From the NCBI RefSeq assembly GCF_001194135.2, contig NC_068982.1, forward strand, positions 93,969,611 to 94,033,610: DNA of 64,000 nucleotides, read 5' to 3'. This document shows positions 1 to 13,690 of this stretch, piece after piece (within the stretch, counting starts at the first letter, position 1; the number at the start of each line of letters is the position of its first letter). The stretch comes from Octopus bimaculoides. Lineage: Eukaryota. The notes beneath the pieces are model-generated. The model did no database searches. It saw only the letters and a program-made list of their open reading frames with translations, and was not told the DNA's origin. Position numbers and translations under genes: made by a program.

Positions 1-717
1 ATTCATGTAGTATATTCTCTTTCAATTAGTTTCCACACACTGGAATTTGGACTGATTTTCTGTGTGAGTAGCATCGATTCCAACAAACAGAAATTTGCAG
101 AAACAGATACATTAACTGTGGCAAATCTATGTCAGAAACTTAAGAATATATTTCTTTATTATCTTGATACAATGTTGCTATAGCAATACTAATTTATTGT
201 TGTTGTGCAGCTGCTTTCACTATTTGCAAAATACATATCGTGTAGGTATACAAATTTCCTTATGATGAACAATTTTCAAACAGGTGAATAAAATTTACAT
301 AACTCATCTAACATGAATTCACTCGCACACACGAAAGTGATAAAGTGCGTGATTCTAACACTTATATTGGTCATACAAATATCAAGCTTTATATTGCAGA
401 CGGACCATGAATTTACTTCAAGAATTCACCACATCAAACTGTATCACACTCTATAAGACACAGCTTGATAAAACATAAACTAGTCTAAGAAGAAGCTTCT
501 ATGTTGACTCCGACCAGCTAAAATTAAAAACTAAATTTCTCTTAAATTACACTTACTGTCTTAAAAAGAAGACGGACCCATTGGAAACTGTACTCTCAGA
601 TATACTATGCCTGGAAAGGTAAATTTACATATACGCATATAAGTATTTCGCGAATACTGATAGTAGTAGCAACAAACTAGTGCCGGTGTAACAATATTTT
701 AAACAAAAAACAACATT

Positions 718-933
718 CCTTTCTATTATAGGCACAAAGCCTGACATCTCAGAGGAGTGGGTAAGACGATTACATTGATCCCAGTGCTCAGCTGGTATTT
801 ACTTTATCGCCCCCCCCACCCCAAATGAAAAGCAAAGTCGACCTCGGTGGAATTTGAACTCATAACGCAAATACCAATCAAATGCCGCTAAGCATTTCGA
901 CCAGCGTGATAACGATTCTGCTAGCTCGCCGCC
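718..933 (-). mobile_element. tRNA-derived SINE, family 1 (GGCGGCGAGC head)
   Basis: The reverse complement starts GGCGGCGAGCTAGCAGAATCGTTA and has a B-box-like GAGTTCAAATTCC. Clear paralogues lie at 6222-6424, 20860-21030, 33150-33340 and 57925-58161. Confidence 0.85.
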
Positions 934-1999
934 TTTTTAATAAAATAATATTGGTTTCAAATTTTGGCAAAAAGGCTAGAAATTTCAGGGCAATGGGTGC
1001 TTACATTGACTTACCCACTGCATTTTGCCCGGCGCGCTAACGGTTCTAAAAATAATAATTGAAAAAAAGAAAAAGCAGGTATATCTTTCATCATAGGTTT
1101 GGTCGTTTAGGATTAAACAACAATTACGACGACGATGACAATGTCGAAAACATTAAAAAAAAAAACTACATGACAGTGATAAAATAAACCAACCTCGGAA
1201 AAACAAGTACCAAGAAAATGATACTCTAAAATTTGTCATAGAAGCGACATCAATAACTTAATGTAACATAAAGTTTGAACATGTAGATAGGAGAAACAAC
1301 ACGTAGTTATAAAGAATACCTATATACGACGGTAAAGCTATTTCTTGATTGTTGAAATATGTCTACGTCAATGGTTAAAAAATTTAAAGTTTGACAATAA
1401 CAACTGAGAAAGAGAATGAATAGCGTCCTTATACTATTAGCATAGAATTTGAAACAAAAATAACAAGCAACATTGCAATACTTTTATCTAGGCGAGAAGA
1501 TCGTGAATATTTACAATAGTCTAGATAATTCATCGTTTTATAAAGAGAATAATAAGGATATAGGAAAATAACTCACAATAGAAAAGATAAAATGGAACAT
1601 TTTTTAAATATCTCCTAAACACACATCCACTCGTATATTCGTATGTATAAACACGTTCGCTCGCACACGCACGCACACAAACACACACACAGAGGAAAAA
1701 GTTTTTAGTGGATAAAAACTGACACGTTTCCCTGTATGTATTTCTGAATATATGTATGTATGTGTTTATGTGTATGTACATATGGATATATTGTATGAAT
1801 ATTTATCTCTCTTTCTCTCTCCAAATACACACACATACACACAAATTGAAATGTATGGCTAGTCAACTTGTATAGGAACATGGTAACACCATTTGAAACA
1901 TTATCTGGTAGATGTCTCATATGAATATTATAGGAAACTGTAAAGTGACAATCCAGTTTCCCGAAGGAGATTTATTGTCTTTCACCCTTAGTTAAACTG

Positions 2000-2130
2000 A
2001 ATACATGTATGTATGTATGTATGTATGTATGTATGTATGTATGTATGTATGTATGTATGTATGTAGATAATAATATAAATAATATATATATGCATATTTA
2101 CATACGTATATGTACATATTTACATCTATA

Positions 2131-2191
<61 letters not shown>

Positions 2192-2240
2192 GTATAGATG
2201 TAAATATGTACATATACATATGTATATATGCATATATATA
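2000..2240. repeat. (TATG)n and (TA)n microsatellites
   Basis: Read directly from the sequence; they explain the MYV/YI ORFs in the track. Confidence 0.95.
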
Positions 2241-2269
2241 TAAATATTATTTATATTATTATATGATTG

Positions 2270-3045
2270 AACGCCACGCTTCCTCTTCCAAGTAATTAGG
2301 TTGTAGGGGGTTCTCAGAACTTTCTGGACATACTATTGAAACCATTCCTCAAATACATTAAAAGTTTCATTAGAGACGATCTGGACATGCTAGAGCATCT
2401 ACCAAAAACCACCAACGAAGAAGCACTGTTAATCTCCTTCGATGTCATCAGCCTCTACACTAACATTCTACATGGCCACATGAATAGAGGCAATAAGATT
2501 CTGGTTAGAAAAATACCCCGAAGTTCTCCCGGACCGCATAAACCAGACTTTTGTCATTGAATCCCTGCAGTTTATACTACAAAACAATAACTTCCTATTC
2601 GATGCAACATACTACCGCCAAAAATGCGGTAATGCGATGGAAACAAAAGCAGCACCTGTCCTTGCGAACCTAATAATAGGTTTCTTTGAATCTACCTATA
2701 TGAACTTTCGCTCCAAAACTTTGGATCCATTCCACCAGTATATAAGAGAAAACTGAGAAAGGTACCTAGACGATTGTTTTATCATCTGGAATGAAACCTA
2801 TGATAAACTCTTGGATTTCAAATCCATACTGAACAATATAAATCCAAACATCCAATTTACTATGGAATATAGCAAGGAACAGCTCCCATTTCCGGACATT
2901 TTGATTATAAAAAAGTCCAACAACCAAATTGCAACTGATATTTACTACAAACCAACAGATTCAAAACAATATCTCCTTTTCCGTCCATGCCATCCTAAAC
3001 ACACCAAAATAAATATTCCATTCAATCTGCCAAAAACGTACATTG
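2270..3045 (+). mobile_element. Penelope-like element reverse transcriptase fragment (frameshifted)
   Basis: Translates to SFDVISLYTNI, QKCGNAMETKAAPVLANL, RYLDDCFIIW and NINPNIQFTME...DIYYKPTDSKQYL...HPKHTKINIPF. These are typical PLE RT motifs. Confidence 0.9.
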
Positions 3046-3544
3046 TTTTCAATTTCATTTGAAGAGGAATCCAACATTTCAACATTAGATCCAATATTAT
3101 GATAAAAAAAATTGTCATTCTCAGTCCCATCCCTTTACTGTTATCACATTTCTATATCACTTCATATTTTCCCCACGTATTTGTCACCCACAGGCATACC
3201 TAAGCAAACGTCAACCTTTTCTTTCATCCAGTAGGGGTCATAGCAAAATCTTCCTGTTGTATCCAGTTCTTCCATTCCTCTCTTATCAAAGTCTTAAAGG
3301 CATTGTTAATAAAAACATAGAGACGCTGTATGTGACTTGTTAAACCATCGGGTATAATTGCCTGTTGTATTTTAAAATTATTAACCTTGTCTTTCATTCT
3401 TTTTATCGTGTTATGAGCTCTAGCGCAGTCTCAGACGAGGAGAGAAGGTTAGTTTACAATGCCCACAGGACATTCCGACCAAAGATTTTCAAACCAAACT
3501 ACTATTCCGCCTTCATTTATCCATCCACCTGTTTTTCATTATTA

Positions 3545-4130
3545 TCACTATTGCTCTCAGCTATGGTCACCAACCAGTGTCAAATTAATCTCAGAACTTG
3601 AGGCAAACCAACGAAGCTACACGACGATAGCCTCTATGCAGCATATAATCTATTGGGAAAGACTCAAGAGATTAAGACTCTATTCCTTAGAGCGTAGGCG
3701 AGAAAGATATGCCATAATATACATCTGGAAGATCCTCGAAGGAATTGTCCCAAACTTTGGCATTGAAAGTTACATAAATAAAAGAACTGGACGCCATTGC
3801 ATAGTGCCAAGGACTCCAAATTTGCCATCAAGAAGTAGGACAAGATACAGCAATAGCCTGGGCTTCAGAGGTCCACAGCTCTTCAATATTCTCCCGAAGG
3901 ACCTGAGAGACCTGCATGGGGTGGATGTAGGTGTCTTCAAAATAAAGCTGGACCTCTTCCTGTCAAATGTCCCAGATGAACCAACTTCGCGGCAGGAGGT
4001 GCAGATGAGGGCATCAAACTCTCTTATGCACCAAATGTCAATTCCTGAAGTAAAATTATGTAGCAACACCAAATGCCGGTGCCCCAGCATGGCCACAGCT
4101 CATGAGCTGAAACTAGATAAAATGGAAAAA
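3545..4130 (+). mobile_element. CR1-group LINE, 5'-truncated 3' end
   Basis: YCSQLWSP...LYSLERRRERYAIIYIWKILEGIVPN...SLGFRGPQLFNILPKDLR...FKIKLDLFLSNVPDEP is a CR1/L2 RT C-terminus. A short 3' UTR and an A-rich end follow. Confidence 0.9.
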
Positions 4131-4446
4131 AAAAATGAAAATGATTAATCATATTTAATTTGAATTGAGTTGTGGCAGTCTCTTTCGTTAGGCATCATAA
4201 AAGAGTGAAAAAATTGAACGGAAAAGAAACTAGCTATTTTACTCTTTATACCTAAAATACGGTATTTAGTATTTCGCTTACGCATCCAACTTGAGTGTAA
4301 ACACGCGACAGACTGTCGACTAGTCAATAATAATTGAGTAACCAATTAGATGATTGCCAAATGCTTGGTCATCTGCATTGCACATTTAAAATCAAAGCAA
4401 ACTCTCTGAACTAGTAGGCCTTAGATTCTTCAATAACGATAACCCC

Positions 4447-4564
4447 CTACTCCGCATTTAACAGCTATTTCACTCTATTTCTACTCTATTTCATTCTATT
4501 TCACTCTATTTCTACAGCTATTTCAAGCTATTTCTACTCCGCATTTAACAGCTATTTCACTCTC
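4447..4564. repeat. Minisatellite of CTATTTC(A/T)ACT-like units with an 88-bp-spaced direct repeat
   Basis: ctactccgcatttaacagctatttcactct occurs at 4447 and 4535, with 10-11 bp units between. Confidence 0.8.
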
Positions 4565-4944
4565 GTCCGTTTCTGTAATTTTTTTTTCACATTTTAGGAA
4601 GAATTATACAGAGTTATATTTTTACGGGAAAAAAATTATTATTGCTATAATACATTGTCATTTACATATGCATTTAAATATGGCTTGAGTACCATATATA
4701 TGCAGATATGTTGTTCATACCTTCAGTGGTTAGGATGCAAGCAAATTTTGACATCAATTTTTGGGGTTAAAAAGCGTCTTCTACACCAAACATACGGGGT
4801 CCACAGAAGCATTGCTTATAAACCGATTGCTACTAAGTGTTTAAATAAATCGCACGGACCGGTTTGTACATATAATGCATTTTAGCCTGCTAGTCCGATT
4901 AATAAATTATTAGAATGTTAACAATGTTTTGCTTTTATGCTTTA

Positions 4945-5275
4945 CTGTATTTAGCGCTTTGAAGGATTTAGTCGAACAAATCGACCCTAATATTCATTTT
5001 TACTTTATAGTTACGGGGATGTAAAGAAACCAACACTACATGTCAAATGATGGAGAACCCAAGCACTGACACACACAAACAGCCACAAGTGCACCCCCCC
5101 CCCCACAGAGGTATATATACGACTGGTTTTTACAGAGTTTCTGTGTACGGAATTCACTGACAAAGCAGTGGTTGACCAGAGAATATATTAGAAGACAACT
5201 GCCCAAGGTGCCACGAAATGGGATTGAATCTGAAACCACGTGGTTTCAAAGCGAGTCTCTTAACCACACATCCAT
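4945..5275 (-). mobile_element. tRNA-derived SINE, family 2 (diverged)
   Basis: The reverse complement aligns by eye with the 55144-55568 copy (GGCACCTTGGGCAGTTGTCTTC core, internal CA tract). Confidence 0.7.
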
Positions 5276-6221
5276 ATCTATAGATATATCCAATGAGGTA
5301 TTTAATAGACAGATGTATTTAAGTACAATATCTTTGTGGCAGAAAACAGGGATTATCTGGGCAAGTTTTAACATTATGAATATTAGTTGTGTTAGTTAAG
5401 TGGAAATATCTTCAATTGAAAATCACTTTTGGTTCTTTCATTACTAACCTATAGCGCTGATCTTATTTTCTTATATCACAGGAAATGTCTTACAAAGGCA
5501 TAGAATATTCGGTAAGCATTGTTTATTTCTGGGAGACAGTATAAGACCTTTAGCGAGAGTTCAAGAGATTATCTATTAAAAATATTAATTTCTTTTGAAT
5601 AGAAACAATGTTTTGTAATGAAATGGAAACGTTATTCGATAATGCTCATGCATTTCCTAACAGCAGTAGTGGAGTCACTAAGTAAAATAGGTTGAATTGA
5701 AATTAATCTCTGGCATACTAAACTCTAGATTATTTACATTTTACGTTGCGACCTTCATCACATCCACAGAAAATATCATCTTCAGGATAGTAAGGGGTTG
5801 CTATAGAGTAAAAAAAGTAGTCAGAGTTGCAAAGTCTATATAAGTTATCCCAGTTATTTATTTTTTTATATTGATATCATGCCAAAAATTTGTAAATGAT
5901 TATATCGATAATAGCATGTGAACTCAACATGTATTGATGACAGAGCGAGATGAAAGCAAAAGTCGAGCTTGCCGGTGCTGAACTCAGCGAGGGACTGAAG
6001 TTTAATAATTGTTTCCTATCATAGATCTAAAGGTAGAATTTCGGGAAATAAAACTCAATTAATTCAACTCCACTTTATGACTGGTACCTTATTTCATCGA
6101 ACCCAGAAGAATGAAACACGCAGTTAACCTCAATAAGATTTGAACTCATAACAAAATCCACAAGGCATTTTGTCTGGCGCTCTACTGATACTGCCAATCC
6201 ACTACCACCAACAAAAGTACA

Positions 6222-6424
6222 ATAATCCTTTCTACTATAGGAAGAAGGCCTAAAACTTAAGTCGATTACATCGACCCAGTACTCCGCTGGTACTTATTTT
6301 ATCGACCCCGAAAGGTTGAAAGACAAAGTCGACCTCGACGGAATTTGAACTCAGAACATAAAGACGGACGAAATGCCGCTAAGAGACTTGTCCGGCTTGG
6401 TAACGATTCTGCCAGCTCGCCGCC
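6222..6424 (-). mobile_element. SINE family 1
   Basis: Near-consensus copy of the 718-933 element. More decayed partial copies lie at about 5925-6200. Confidence 0.85.
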
Positions 6425-6931
6425 TTCGACAAAAATATAATGATAAAAGACAGCTAGACAGTCATCTCATTACTTTTTTATCACTAAAGTATGAAGAGTG
6501 ACAAATTCATCTAAACATTCTTATTAAATTAGTGATTGAAATTCCATAAATATTGCGAACAAAGAAGTTTGAGGAATCTACAAAAGTCGACAAACTTCGT
6601 TTCACATATGGCTATATTTGATAATTTAATGATTTCATTCAATATTCAACATATATCACTTCACCTCAGTTTTAATTTCCTCACTTCCGGAACGAATTTA
6701 CTTGAGGAGATATGAAAGTCAAACAAACTTACCTTTAAAATGTGTAGTGTCGTGTCAAAAATAAGAACGCAAATATAAGTTTAAACTCTAAAATTATACA
6801 TTCTATATTATTCTTGATTTTAATAAATTATGAAGTGTATTTGACTGGTGGAGGCGGTTGATACGTCTTCGTATCCTGTTAGGAAAACATATCCATTTGC
6901 TTGACGTATTCTTCAGTTAAGCAAGAGAATA

Positions 6932-8221
6932 TTGGGTTGGCAACTAAGCTCCCGCCATTTAAAAAAAAATTAATTTTTTAAAAGGTTTAATAAAAAATAA
7001 CAACTAATTAATCAATAATGTATTCACCCTTGTTGTTTACAACTTCTTCCCAACGTTCAACAAGATTTTCAATACCTCATTGGTAGAAATCACCCGATTT
7101 CGACTCGAAAAATTGATCCAACCAAGCTTTGAATTCTGCATCAGTATTGAACGAAACTCCGAGCATAGCATTTCAAAGAGATCGAAAGAGGTGGAAATTT
7201 GTTAGTGCCAAATCAGGAGAGTACGGCGGGTATGGCAGCACTTCCCAGCCAAACGTTTGAATGGCTTCTTTCGTCATATTGGCGATATGAGGGCGGGTAT
7301 TGTCATACAGCAGAAGAACTCCATGCTGCCGATTAGGTCTTTTCTCTTGAATAGCCGTGTTGAGTCATTCCATCTGTTGAACATAGAGTTCCGCGTTGAT
7401 CGTTTGGTTCCGTTCAAGCAATTCGTAATGGATAATCCCTTCCCAGTCCCACCATACGCACAACATCGTTTTACGCGGATGAAAATCTTGTTTCACGCGC
7501 GGTGTCGCTTGCTTACCGGGGCTAAGCCATTCCTTGCACAGCTTCATATTGATGTACAGGCACCATTTTTCGTCGCCAGTAACGATTCGGTAAAGAAATC
7601 GTTGCTTGTGTCCATGAGTTGAGAGGTGACGAACAAGCAAACCAGCGGAGATTGTGAATCGTTGATTTTAGTTGGTGTCACTTAAAGCATGCGGAACTCA
7701 TGCTCCATACTTCTGAACCTTTCCCATCGAGTGAAGATGCTTCTCTATAGCAGTGTGGGCGCATTCCATTTTCTTTGCCAGTTTCCTTGTCGTTTGACGA
7801 GAGTTTTCGTGCAATAGTTGGTTTAATCGCTCTTTATCGAACTCAACTGGACGACCAGAACGAGGTGCGTCTTTGAGGTCAAAACTTCCATTTTTGAACT
7901 TGGCATACTAATCATGAGCGGTTCTTTCAGCTATGGCACCCTCTTCATACACAGCACAAATGTCGCGAGCAGCTTTTGCGGCCTTAGAACCTTGATTAAA
8001 AGCAAAAAGAAGGAGGTGTCGAAAATGCTCGTTTTTCTTAACTTGACATTCCATTTTAATGATCTGAAAATAAACAAAAATTAACTAAAATTAACTAGAA
8101 AAAAATAGATTCCAAAATGATTCAAAAATAGAATTCTCGAAAAAATAGGTTCCAAAATTTAAAAACGCAATAAATTCCAAAATATAAAATACGGCCGGCG
8201 GGAACTTAGTTGCCAACTCTA
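6932..8221 (-). mobile_element. Full-length mariner (Tc1/mariner, D,D34D) transposon, about 1290 bp
   Basis: The ends ttgggttggcaactaagctcccgcc and ggcgggaacttagttgccaactcta form ~25-bp TIRs. TA lies at the left end (right TA altered), and the transposase is internal. Confidence 0.95.
7008..8054 (-). pseudogene. Mariner transposase, 348 codons, several in-frame stops, no net frameshift
   Basis: MECQVKKNEHFRHLLLFAF...GA*VPHAL...IVTGDEKW...LLYDNTRPH...PPYSPDLALTNFHLFRSL...GEYIID*. The WVPHxL, TGDEKW and YSPDL motifs are recognisable. Confidence 0.93.
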
Positions 8222-9088
8222 TGGATACATGGATGCAAGAATATGAATATATATACTTAAGTAATTACATATTGGAAATTATTTTGCAACTATTTATACA
8301 CAAGCTATATTTAGTCATACACATCTTGCTCTGTTTGTGAGTATTATCTATATAAATTTACAAATATCCATGCTGTGATCGAATTAAGTGAAAAAGTTAA
8401 GCTGAAGTGTAGAGAGCTGCAACATAAACTTTGCTACTATGATAACATATATCCATAGCTATTTCTTATCTGTACTGCAGCATTGTCTTAGTTCACTTTA
8501 AAGGTACTGAATCAAAGAACATTGGTAAGAGTCTGAAGCCCCAAATCTGTTATGCAAAAAGAAAAAAAGAAACAAAAACAAAACAAAAAAATCAAAAAAT
8601 TTAAGAAACTTGTTGAGACAAAATATATGATGAAAGCTATTGGACATCTGCGCCGGCAAAAGTCAATTAAATGATATGAAAATAGAATATTTTCTGTGCC
8701 TTGAGGATAAAAAATTCAAATATTTCCAAGGTGACAACACTGTTTTATGTTCTCTTTATTCGAAGAAAGTGTCTGAAACGTTACTATTTCACCTCTCAAG
8801 GCTAAACAATTAACTGAATTTTTCTGCCAACTTTCTTATGTATAAATATTTAATAATTCGAAATAGCACCAGTTTCTCTGGATTTCGGATTTTACTGAAC
8901 AGCATCTTAGAAGAAGATATCAGCATATAACTACATAGAAAATGTAAACTTAAGAAAGGTGATATTGAAAGAAATGTAACAGAATAGTGATTCTAAAACT
9001 AAGTTTTATAACCGTTGAAGCGCTTTTCTGAAAAAAAAACAAAACAAACAAAAAACTTAAATACATCGTAAAGGATAAGTTCGCAGCA

Positions 9089-9129
<41 letters not shown>

Positions 9130-9790
9130 NNNNNNNNNNNNNNNNNNNNNNNNNNNNNNNNNNNNNNNNNNNNNNNNNNNNNNNNNNNNNNNNNNNNNNN
9201 NNNNNNNNNNNNNNNNNNNNNNNNNNNNNNNNNNNNNNNNNNNNNNNNNNNNNNNNNNNNNNNNNNNNNNNNNNNNNNNNNNNNNNNNNNNNNNNNNNNN
9301 NNNNNNNNNNNNNNNNNNNNNNNNNNNNNNNNNNNNNNNNNNNNNNNNNNNNNNNNNNNNNNNNNNNNNNNNNNNNNNNNNNNNNNNNNNNNNNNNNNNN
9401 NNNNNNNNNNNNNNNNNNNNNNNNNNNNNNNNNNNNNNNNNNNNNNNNNNNNNNNNNNNNNNNNNNNNNNNNNNNNNNNNNNNNNNNNNNNNNNNNNNNN
9501 NNNNNNNNNNNNNNNNNNNNNNNNNNNNNNNNNNNNNNNNNNNNNNNNNNNNNNNNNNNNNNNNNNNNNNNNNNNNNNNNNNNNNNNNNNNNNNNNNNNN
9601 NNNNNNNNNNNNNNNNNNNNNNNNNNNNNNNNNNNNNNNNNNNNNNNNNNNNNNNNNNNNNNNNNNNNNNNNNNNNNNNNNNNNNNNNNNNNNNNNNNNN
9701 NNNNNNNNNNNNNNNNNNNNNNNNNNNNNNNNNNNNNNNNNNNNNNNNNNNNNNNNNNNNNNNNNNNNNNNNNNNNNNNNNNNNNNNNNN

Positions 9791-9832
<42 letters not shown>

Positions 9833-10332
9833 GCGTTCGCACATTCTCGAACCTATGTTAGCACTGGACATCTTCATCTGATCAATAGGTTTAAGAGAGT
9901 CTGTACAAAGCCTTAATTGACCTAAAATTCTGGGGCGTGCAATCGCCCGCGAGGCAAATACATGATGTTCAGTCAAGTGAGAAGACACCGCGGCGAGCAT
10001 GGAACCGCGGATGCGTGCTCGGATGAAGCCGACTGCTGGTACCATAATCTCATGCACAGACAAAGTTGGCATTTTGTATGAGCAATAGTCATTGATGGTT
10101 TTCCTAGGTCACAAGTGAACAGCCACCAACATCAAACACACACACACACACACACGCTTATCCATCCATCCATCCATCCATCCATCCATCCATCCATCCA
10201 TCCATCCATCCATGCATGCATGCATACATACATACATACATACATACATNNNNNNNNNNTCCATCCATCCATCCATCCATCCATGCATGCATGCATACAT
10301 ACATACATACATACATACATACATACATACAT

Positions 10333-10670
10333 AAGAGAAGAGAAACTATGTACAGGTGTGGAAATTAGCTGTCCACCGGATGTTAACAATGAATACCTAC
10401 GTTGAACTATTGAGAAATCTGCAGTTACTCTATCCAGATTACAAGTTCGCGTTTATACCTGTAATTGTTGGGGCCCTGGGATATATAACACACTGCCTAA
10501 ATACCAATCTTGAGAAATTAGGCTTCTCAAAAGGAAAAAGCTAATTTGAAGACTACAGATCCAGTCCATCCCTGGAACTGTAAAATTCTGTAAAACTTTC
10601 CAGAAGTTTAGCTTCTAAATATATATGAGCATGTCTAGATATGTAACTATAGGCATGAAAATACATACAT
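10333..10670 (+). mobile_element. RLE-type (R4-like) non-LTR retrotransposon, 3' end
   Basis: EEKLCTGVEISCPPDVN...ELLRNLQLLYPDYKFAFIPVIVGALG is the restriction-like endonuclease D..K region. It is the same family as 59395-60230. Confidence 0.85.
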
Positions 10671-10689
10671 AACGCAAAACATACAAATC

Positions 10690-10892
10690 TGCAAGACGAC
10701 GCATGAACTACCTGCAAAAATGAGTTGTTTATAGTGATCAAATGTTCTTGCCGCTCATTAGCTCACTCTCTCCATCAAACCGACGTTGTCTGAACAGGTA
10801 CACCGTGAGCCACGCGTCAGGTGCCGGAGTGATCGCAGAGAGAGCACCATGAGATGAAGTGTTTTTCTCAAGAACACAACGCCCTGCCCGGT
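10690..10892 (-). mobile_element. SINE family 4, partial
   Basis: It shares gtttt(t/g)ctcaagaacacaacgc...gtccaggaat with the 47000-47185 copy. Confidence 0.6.
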
Positions 10893-10900
10893 CCAGGAAT

Positions 10901-10949
<49 letters not shown>

Positions 10950-12146
10950 AAAATTACAGTTTAAATTTAAAGTTCAAAATTTACATGTTGGGTATGTCCC
11001 AAGTAGTATGCCGATTAAACACGTTCACTGCTTATGGCTACCTGCGTTATCCACGGTAATTGCACAATCGTCACTGGATCTACATTAGGGGATCCTCAGT
11101 GTACGTTGAGTATAATATAAACAATGGTCACGGGAGATAGAATATTCTGGAAACTTCAAATTATCACTACGATCGTTTAGACACATCCTGTATTGAAAAA
11201 TAAAGTTTCCAGTATATTCCATCTTCCGTATCCATTGTTTATATTTATATTTATATATTATATGTTTATTTTCTGACAACACCTCAAACGTAAAATGCTT
11301 CCATGAAGACGGGGGCTGGTATTATCCACTGATGGAATCAATCTACAAACATTATTTTGGACCACCAAGCCCCCAGAAACAGCTGTTGCACTCGTAAAAC
11401 TCTTTTTCAACTCTTTTAAGTCCTGATATTATTTCTATTCTGTGTAAGTCGGCCCTTTTTATATGTAAACACATGTACATATTTTGTATTAAATACAAAT
11501 AACATTTTTTTTTGTATATCGACTTGCCTAACTTGTTTATCCTTACATTTACTCCCATATCTAAATATATATATATACACACACACACGCACACTTGCAT
11601 ATATTTTATATATATGTGTTTATGTAATGCGACCTATGCGTGCATAAATACATGTGTGCACATCCTTCCTCTCTTCTCTTTCATTAATTCATTTATTAAT
11701 TCATTCACATCTGTGGATTAGGCGTAACCATCCGTACTAACGTTCATACTTGTACAAGTGTTTCATGGGACATTATCTGTTGACCATACATGCAAGTCTT
11801 CTCTCTCTGCATAATCGATGTTTTCTGAAGGAAAGGAAACGTTGATACAACGAGGAACTAATTGCTTCGCAGCTGCTGCTACCAAAACACAGAGAACGGA
11901 AACATATACCGCAAAGAAGCTTGTCAAACTCTTTAACAATTCTGTCAATTCACTGTTTTCGATTGGATTCTTTTAGCGACCGAAAACCAGATGAATAGCA
12001 AAACTGATCTTGACTGGGAGACAGTCTTACACTGTCTCCCAGAAATAGAGAATCGGAAGAAATGCCTTGAGTTAGTTTATCCGATGCTCTGATGTTGCTA
12101 CCAACTCACCACCTTTCATACATACATACATACATACATACATACA

Positions 12147-12180
<34 letters not shown>

Positions 12181-12194
12181 CATACATACATACA

Positions 12195-13690
12195 ATATTA
12201 GTTGTCAACTCGTCTTCGAGTACGACATCTGGGAATTTCTCCTTGATCCTTCTTTCCTCATAACTTCTGCTTTCTTCAAATTCATTTCCAAGCCAAAGGC
12301 TTTGCATGGTGCATTAAAAACTGTAATCATATCCTGCAGTTCCTCTTCTGTGTGAGATACTAAATCACAATCATCAGCATATCATAATTCCTCACAAAAC
12401 TTTAGTACCTTCAATAAATTTCCTGATGTTCAACAATCTTGTGGTTCTGAATCTGATATAGATTCCCCTAGTGTTAGCTTTGAATGCTACCATGAATATT
12501 GCTGCTTTGTAAAGAACAAATAACGTTGACGCAAGAATGTCTCCTTGTTTTACTCCACCTCCAGCAGGAAAGGCTCAGATAAATTATCCTGAAAGTACAC
12601 TCTAGCTTTTATTTTGTCATGCAAAGATTGTATCAGTTCTGTAAACGTATTATAACAACCAAATTTCTTTAACACATTCCCTAACATTCACCTGTTGACT
12701 GTCAAATGACTTGATAAAATCAACAAAGCATTGATTCAAGTGAAGATTCTGCTCAATACACTTTTCCTGGATTGTTATGCAGAAAATATCGAGTTGCTCT
12801 AAAACCAAATTTCGCTTGTATAGCATATTTTCCATTGTAAAGCATATTTTTCAGCTTATCTCCCTCACATTTTAGTACCTCTGGAGCTATTCTATCGATG
12901 CCTGATGATTTCTCCATTGTTCATTTATGGTATGGCTTGGGTGACTTCTTAATTTGGAGCTTTATCTAGGCATTCCTTAAATGGCAGCTGCTCGATATCA
13001 TCTAACACAAGTTCATCAGTCTCTATTATCCTGGTCAACAGTACACTGTAATGTTTTCTCTTTTATTATATTTGGTTGCTTAAAATCTTATTTCCTTCTT
13101 TGGCCTAAACAAGAGCAAAAGATTATTCTTGAGGACCATAGACTTCTTTCAGTATTTGGTACATTGTCTTAGAATTTCTAGCATCTGATGCATTTTAAGG
13201 ACCTGTGCCTCATCTTCCCACCAGTCATTCTGGATGCTTCGCAAAGGTCGTTGGACTTCACTTTGCATTTTCCCTAATGTATCTGCTGCTTTCTCCTTAT
13301 CGATTAAATATAAATTTGGAAGAAGTGTTCTTTCATGTATTTTTTTTTCTCCAGTAGGGTGCGAATCTCTTTAGCATTCTCATCGAAGCGGTCTTGCTAT
13401 TTCTGTTTTCTAATGCGCAAAAATCTTCCCAAATATTCACTTATTTTAAAGGTTCGAGATTATCAATGACTGATATCAACAAATGATGAGTTTCCTTTCA
13501 CTGGAATTACCCCATATCAAACATTTTGCATGTAAGCGCTTTGTGCTGAAACTTAGAGTGCACTTTAAGCCTAAGCTTGGCTCTAACTAATTGATGATCA
13601 GTTCAGCACTCAACTTCCTTCGTGACTTTCACTATTTTCATATTCAGTAGATCACACTTTCTAGTGATAATAATATACCAGTGCGTACGT
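12195..13690 (-). mobile_element. RTE-clade LINE remnant (APE end plus RT)
   Basis: The minus strand gives DHQLVRAKLRL (endonuclease), CFVDFIKSFD, GGVKQGDILA and YADDCDLVSHTEEELQDM...FGLEMNLKK. It ends in (TATG)n. Confidence 0.85.

Noticed and set aside
5482-5511. 30-nt in-frame micro-exon candidate (TACTAAC branch point, cag acceptor, GTAAGC donor; EMSYKGIEYS)
   Set aside because: It lies in what appears to be a dispersed repeat: the adjacent ctgtctcccagaaata recurs in inverted orientation near 12030. No partner exons were found.
9057-9842. Long ORFs spanning N runs (also at 25.1, 40.6, 44.6, 50.5, 53.7 and 55.8 kb)
   Set aside because: They are translations of assembly gaps and microsatellites.
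11763-11975. ORF with a signal-peptide-like hydrophobic stretch
   Set aside because: It has no ATG start, no recognisable domain and no convincing splice sites.
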